NCBI GenBank assembly: GCA_964291265.2
Contig: OZ219747.1
Span: 4,224,001-4,288,000 of the forward strand
Reading direction: 5' to 3'
DNA: 64,000 nt
Source: Alphaproteobacteria bacterium
Lineage (GTDB): Bacteria > Pseudomonadota > Alphaproteobacteria > SP197
In this document: in pieces, positions 59,986-64,000 of the stretch
Numbering within the stretch: position 1 is the stretch's first letter
How the letters are laid out: every line of letters begins with the position of its first letter
Notes under the pieces: generated by a model
The model's input: the letters and a program-made list of their open reading frames with translations, nothing else
What the model was told of the DNA's origin: nothing
Databases searched by the model: none
Program-made: the position numbers and the translations under genes

Positions 59986-61452
59986 GTGACCCGATTCCTG
60001 CCGCGGCATCCCTTCGATGACGACAGGTTGCACGAGGAGTGTGGTGTCTTCGGTGTCTTCGGGGCCGAAGATGCGGCGAAGCACACGGTGCTCGGTCTGC
60101 ATGCCCTTCAGCATCGTGGGCAGGAATCCGTCGGCATCGTCTCCTTCGACGGATCCCAGTTTCATGTTCACCGCAACCTTGGCCTGGTATCGGAAGTCTT
60201 CTCGAACGGCGCCAGTGTCGGCACACTGACGGGCCGGTCCGCCATCGGACACAACCGCTATGCGACCACGGGCGGAACACTGCTCCGCAACGTGCAGCCC
60301 ATCTTCGTCGAGACCGACCAGGGCGGCCTCGCGGTTGCCCACAACGGCAATCTGACCAACGCGAACCAGGTGCGCGACAGACTTGTGCGCAAGGGAGCCA
60401 TTTTCCAGTCGACATCCGATACTGAGACCATCGTCCACCTTGTGGCGCTGTCCGCACACGCCACCATTCCGGATCGGCTGGTCGATGCCCTGAAACAGGT
60501 TGTCGGCGCCTATTCCCTGGTGGCGCTCACCGACGCGGCCATGATCGGAGTGAGGGATGCTCTCGGCGTGCGCCCCCTGGTGCTTGGCCGCCTGGGAGAC
60601 GCCTTCGTCCTCGCTTCGGAAACCTGTGCTCTCGACATCATGGGTGCCACATTCGTGCGGGACGTGGAACCCGGTGAACTCATCGTCATCGATGCGGCGG
60701 GCCTGACCTCGTACCGCCCGTTTGCGCCGCGGCGCAGCCGGTTCTGCATTTTCGAGTACATCTACTTCTCGCGACCCGACAGCCGCGTCGAAGGCCGTTC
60801 CGCCTACGCGGTTCGCCGGCGGACCGGCGCCGAACTGGCGAAGGAAAGTCCGGCAGACGTCGATGTCGTCGTGCCGGTCCCCGATTCCGGCACGCCGGCG
60901 GCACTGGGATTTGCCGAACAGTCCGGCCTGCCCCTGACCTTCGGCATCATCCGCAACCACTACGTCGGCCGTACCTTCATCGAACCCGGCCAGAACATCC
61001 GACACTTGGGTGTCAAGCTGAAGCACAATGCCAACCGCGGGGAACTCTCGGGCAGGCGCGTTGTCCTCATTGACGATTCCATCGTCCGCGGCACGACATC
61101 GACGAAGATTGTCTCCATGGTCCGGGACTGTGGCGCGCGGGAGGTTCACATGCGCATCGCCAGCCCTCCGAACACTCATTCGTGTTTCTACGGTGTCGAC
61201 ACACCGTCGCGCGATGAATTGCTGGCTTCACGGTTCCGTGTCGACGAGATTGCGGCATTCCTCGGCGTCGACAGCCTCGCCTTCATCACGGCCGACGGCC
61301 TCTACAGGGCAACCGGACACGAGGAGGGACGCGATGCCGCAAGACCCCAGTACTGCGATGCCTGCCTGACCGGTCACTACCCCATTCCCCTGGTTGACCG
61401 GGATGGCGGCCACGAGGCGAATCAGCTCTCGTTCCATTACGAATCCCTGTGA
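59986..61452 (+). CDS. purF: Amidophosphoribosyltransferase
   Basis: EECGVFG, LQHRGQE, VPVPDSG, LIDDSIVRGTT. Confidence 0.97.
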   Translation: MTRFLPRHPFDDDRLHEECGVFGVFGAEDAAKHTVLGLHALQHRGQESVGIVSFDGSQFHVHRNLGLVSEVFSNGASVGTLTGRSAIGHNRYATTGGTLLRNVQPIFVETDQGGLAVAHNGNLTNANQVRDRLVRKGAIFQSTSDTETIVHLVALSAHATIPDRLVDALKQVVGAYSLVALTDAAMIGVRDALGVRPLVLGRLGDAFVLASETCALDIMGATFVRDVEPGELIVIDAAGLTSYRPFAPRRSRFCIFEYIYFSRPDSRVEGRSAYAVRRRTGAELAKESPADVDVVVPVPDSGTPAALGFAEQSGLPLTFGIIRNHYVGRTFIEPGQNIRHLGVKLKHNANRGELSGRRVVLIDDSIVRGTTSTKIVSMVRDCGAREVHMRIASPPNTHSCFYGVDTPSRDELLASRFRVDEIAAFLGVDSLAFITADGLYRATGHEEGRDAARPQYCDACLTGHYPIPLVDRDGGHEANQLSFHYESL

Positions 61453-61453
61453 C

Positions 61454-62209
61454 ATGACCGGACCTGCGGGCGGACGACTCGACGGACGCATTGCCCTTGT
61501 GACCGGCGCCTCGCGGGGCCTTGGCGCAGCCGTGGCGCGGGCCTTCGCTGCAGAGGGCGCGCGCCTGGTCCTCGTTGCGCGCACCAGTGGTGGTCTCGAG
61601 GAGGTCGACGATGCAGTCCGCTCCGCTGGCGGCCTCACGCCCGTCCTGGTGCCACTCGACCTTGCCGATGGAGAGGCCATCGACCGCCTGGGCGGAGCGC
61701 TGTTCGAGCGGTATGGCAGACTTGACGTCCTCGTGGGCAACGCGGCCCTGCTCAGTGCCCTCTCTCCGGCCCACCACATCATGCCGCAGGACTGGCAGCG
61801 CTCCCTGGAGGTCAACCTGACAGCCAACTGGCGCCTGATCCGTGCCATGGATCCGCTTCTCAGGCAGTCGCCGGCCGGCCGTGCCATCTTCGTGACCTCG
61901 GGCGTCACCGTCTCTCTTCCGCCCTACTGGGCTGCCTACGCGGCCACCAAGGCAGCCCTCGAAGCCCTTGTGACGTGCTGGGCGGGGGAGTTGGCAAGAA
62001 CGGAACTGAAGGCCAATCTCGTCGATCCGGGGGTGCTGCGCACGGCCATGCGGGCCAGCGCCTTCCCGGGCGAGAAGCCGGAGTCACTCGACGAGCCATC
62101 GAGCGTCGTCGAGACCTTCGTCTCCATGGCCATGCCCGACTGGACACTGAACGGCGCCCGGATTGTCGCCGCCCACACGCGGGAGGCGGGCCCGTCCGAC
62201 GCCTTGTAG
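61454..62209 (+). CDS. Short-chain dehydrogenase/reductase (YciK-like)
   Basis: TGASRGLG, YWAAYAATK, RTAMRASAFPGE. Confidence 0.9.
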   Translation: MTGPAGGRLDGRIALVTGASRGLGAAVARAFAAEGARLVLVARTSGGLEEVDDAVRSAGGLTPVLVPLDLADGEAIDRLGGALFERYGRLDVLVGNAALLSALSPAHHIMPQDWQRSLEVNLTANWRLIRAMDPLLRQSPAGRAIFVTSGVTVSLPPYWAAYAATKAALEALVTCWAGELARTELKANLVDPGVLRTAMRASAFPGEKPESLDEPSSVVETFVSMAMPDWTLNGARIVAAHTREAGPSDAL

Positions 62210-62398
62210 CTGGAGAACATCGCTTTCCTGGGCAACAAACGACCGAGGTCAGGGTTCGCCGGTGAGTGTCATGTCGACGGAGGCAGGAGTGGCCACACGG
62301 AAACTTGAGACGCGGGCCGGAATTCGCGAAAAGCGCATTGTGGAGTGGTGCATCTCCATGCAGACGTGGCAATCTTGTATGCGGCCCTTGTTTGTCGA

Positions 62399-63292
62399 AT
62401 GCATGACATGATCGATCTCAGCCCTCCTTCCTATCCAGGTCTGACCTTCCGGACGTTACCGAACCTTGCGTGGCCGGACGGGGCCGCCTGCGGCGTGATC
62501 GTCGCGTGGCACGTCGACGGCGAGGCGGGGCCGATGGCTTCGGACCGCAACGTCGTCAACCATGTCGCGGCAATTTCCGAGGCGGCTTACGGATTGACGA
62601 CCGCCATGCCGCGCATCCTGGGCCTGCACCGCGATCTCGGGGTCCCCGGGACCTTCTTCGTTCCGGCCCACGTGGCCGAACGTCATCCAGGGATGATGAA
62701 GACCATCGTCGGCGACGGACACGAGATTGCCCACCATGGCTATATGCACGAGAATGTCTTCGGCCTGGCCGAGGCCGACGAACGCGCCCTCTTCGGGCAT
62801 GCATCAGCGATCCTGCAGCGGATCACCGGCCGGCAACCCAGGGGCTGGAGCGCTCCGGGCTGGGGGGTGACGGAGCAGACCCTGTCGATCATGGCCTCCA
62901 TGGGCATGGCCTATGATGCCAGCCTGATGGAACGAGACGTGCCCCACATGGTGGACACCACGGCCGGCACGCTCGTCGAACTGCCGATCTCCATGGTGCT
63001 GGACGACTGGGCGCTGTTTGGCTCCTCGCTCCACGGCGGAGGCATCAGCAGCCTGGCACGCGCAACCGAGGCCGAGGCCATCTGGCGCGAGGAGTTCGAC
63101 GGTCTGCGACGATTTGGCGGCCTCTTTCAGAGCACGTTTCATCCCAACCTGATGGGGCGGCCGGGACGACTCGTCATGCTCGAGCGCCTGTTGCGCGGCA
63201 TGCAGGCATGCAGCGGCGTTTGGTGGGGCACCTGCGAACAGGCGGCGGATCACGTGCGAAGGCTTCATGACGAAGGGCAGAGCGGCGCATGA
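62399..63292 (+). CDS. Polysaccharide deacetylase family protein (PuuE/PgdA-like)
   Basis: WPDGA, GTFFVP, HEIAHHGYMHE, YDASLM, LDDW, FHP..MGRP; start uncertain. Confidence 0.85.
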   Translation: MHDMIDLSPPSYPGLTFRTLPNLAWPDGAACGVIVAWHVDGEAGPMASDRNVVNHVAAISEAAYGLTTAMPRILGLHRDLGVPGTFFVPAHVAERHPGMMKTIVGDGHEIAHHGYMHENVFGLAEADERALFGHASAILQRITGRQPRGWSAPGWGVTEQTLSIMASMGMAYDASLMERDVPHMVDTTAGTLVELPISMVLDDWALFGSSLHGGGISSLARATEAEAIWREEFDGLRRFGGLFQSTFHPNLMGRPGRLVMLERLLRGMQACSGVWWGTCEQAADHVRRLHDEGQSGA

Positions 63293-63912
63293 CGCGGTCC
63301 GATGCGCCGCTCCTTCCGGCGCACAGATCAGCGGACGACAGGCGCGGCGGTGGGACGAACAAGGGGACTGTTGCGAGGCATACCGTGAACGACCTGATCG
63401 ATTTCCTTGTGGTGGCCAGACGCGAAACCTATGCGATCCCGGACGGCACCGATGTCGGCGACGGAACCTGGCACATGCTCTTCGACTCGGGAAACTGGCG
63501 ATACCGCGACCGCTACGCAGGAACAAACCCCTACGGCGGCCACGAGATCGTGTGGCGCGACGGCTCGGTCGTCTGGATGCAGAACTACATGGCCGAGATT
63601 GTATCCGACCTGCGGCCCATGGATGAAATCTACGATTTCCAGCGCGAGGTGCTGGGCCAGCCTGACCGCAATCACCTGATGCGCGGGCCCGAACAACACG
63701 CCCGCGGTCCGTACCGCTACGTCAACAGCGTCGAGGGTACACTCGTTCGTTTCAGCGGGATCGAAACCATCTCCTATGCCGGGACGCCCGTCTACCGCAT
63801 GATCTTCCATGGCGGAGTCGTTGGCTCAAGGTCTCCGCATGAAGCTCTTCAGGCTCCGGGCCCTGGTCTTGCCGGAAGGGAATTGTCCCTGTCGGACGAG
63901 GGGCGGCGATGA
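63289..63912 (+). CDS. Hypothetical protein, DUF5680-like
   Basis: YRDRYAG..PYGGHEIVW....VWMQNY, FSGIETI, FHGG. Confidence 0.6.
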   Translation: MTRSDAPLLPAHRSADDRRGGGTNKGTVARHTVNDLIDFLVVARRETYAIPDGTDVGDGTWHMLFDSGNWRYRDRYAGTNPYGGHEIVWRDGSVVWMQNYMAEIVSDLRPMDEIYDFQREVLGQPDRNHLMRGPEQHARGPYRYVNSVEGTLVRFSGIETISYAGTPVYRMIFHGGVVGSRSPHEALQAPGPGLAGRELSLSDEGRR

Positions 63913-64000
63913 CGCGACCGTCTCGAGCTTGCACGAGTCCGCCCGCTTAGACCGAAGTTCCAGCGCCGTTCAGACGTATCGTTATGAATGTATTGACGTT

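Overview
High-GC alphaproteobacterial (Rhodospirillales-like) chromosome window. Left (1-12.7 kb): catabolic genes (TauD-like, DddP-like, Rieske oxygenase, acyl-CoA dehydrogenase, LhgO-like, GST) and three tRNAs. Right (35.4-64 kb): dimethylglycine-dehydrogenase-like gene with a family-5 ABC transporter, then a housekeeping block (gmk, yicC, mltG, fabF-acpP-fabG-fabD, rpsF-rpsR-rplI, cfa, dnaB, alr, mlaEF, cvpA, purF). The centre is a 21,086-bp insertion (13410-34495, flanked by a CGTGC duplication) splitting an enolase-superfamily gene. It holds three copies of an unusual ~5.3-kb IS21-type element. Each copy has TGT...ACA ends, a structured leader, a Cys-rich ORF, istA, istB, a DUF3991/Toprim primase-like gene, a small basic ORF and a decayed tandem tail. 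One copy sits inverted inside another (TGGCG duplication). The two direct copies enclose nested mobile-element relics: an ISAs1 fragment, a tyrosine recombinase, and a DUF4338-ISAs1 interrupted by an intact DUF4338-IS4 with a 9-bp duplication. The primase-carrying IS21 element is the best candidate for an undescribed system. Family calls come from motif recognition by eye; no database searches were run.
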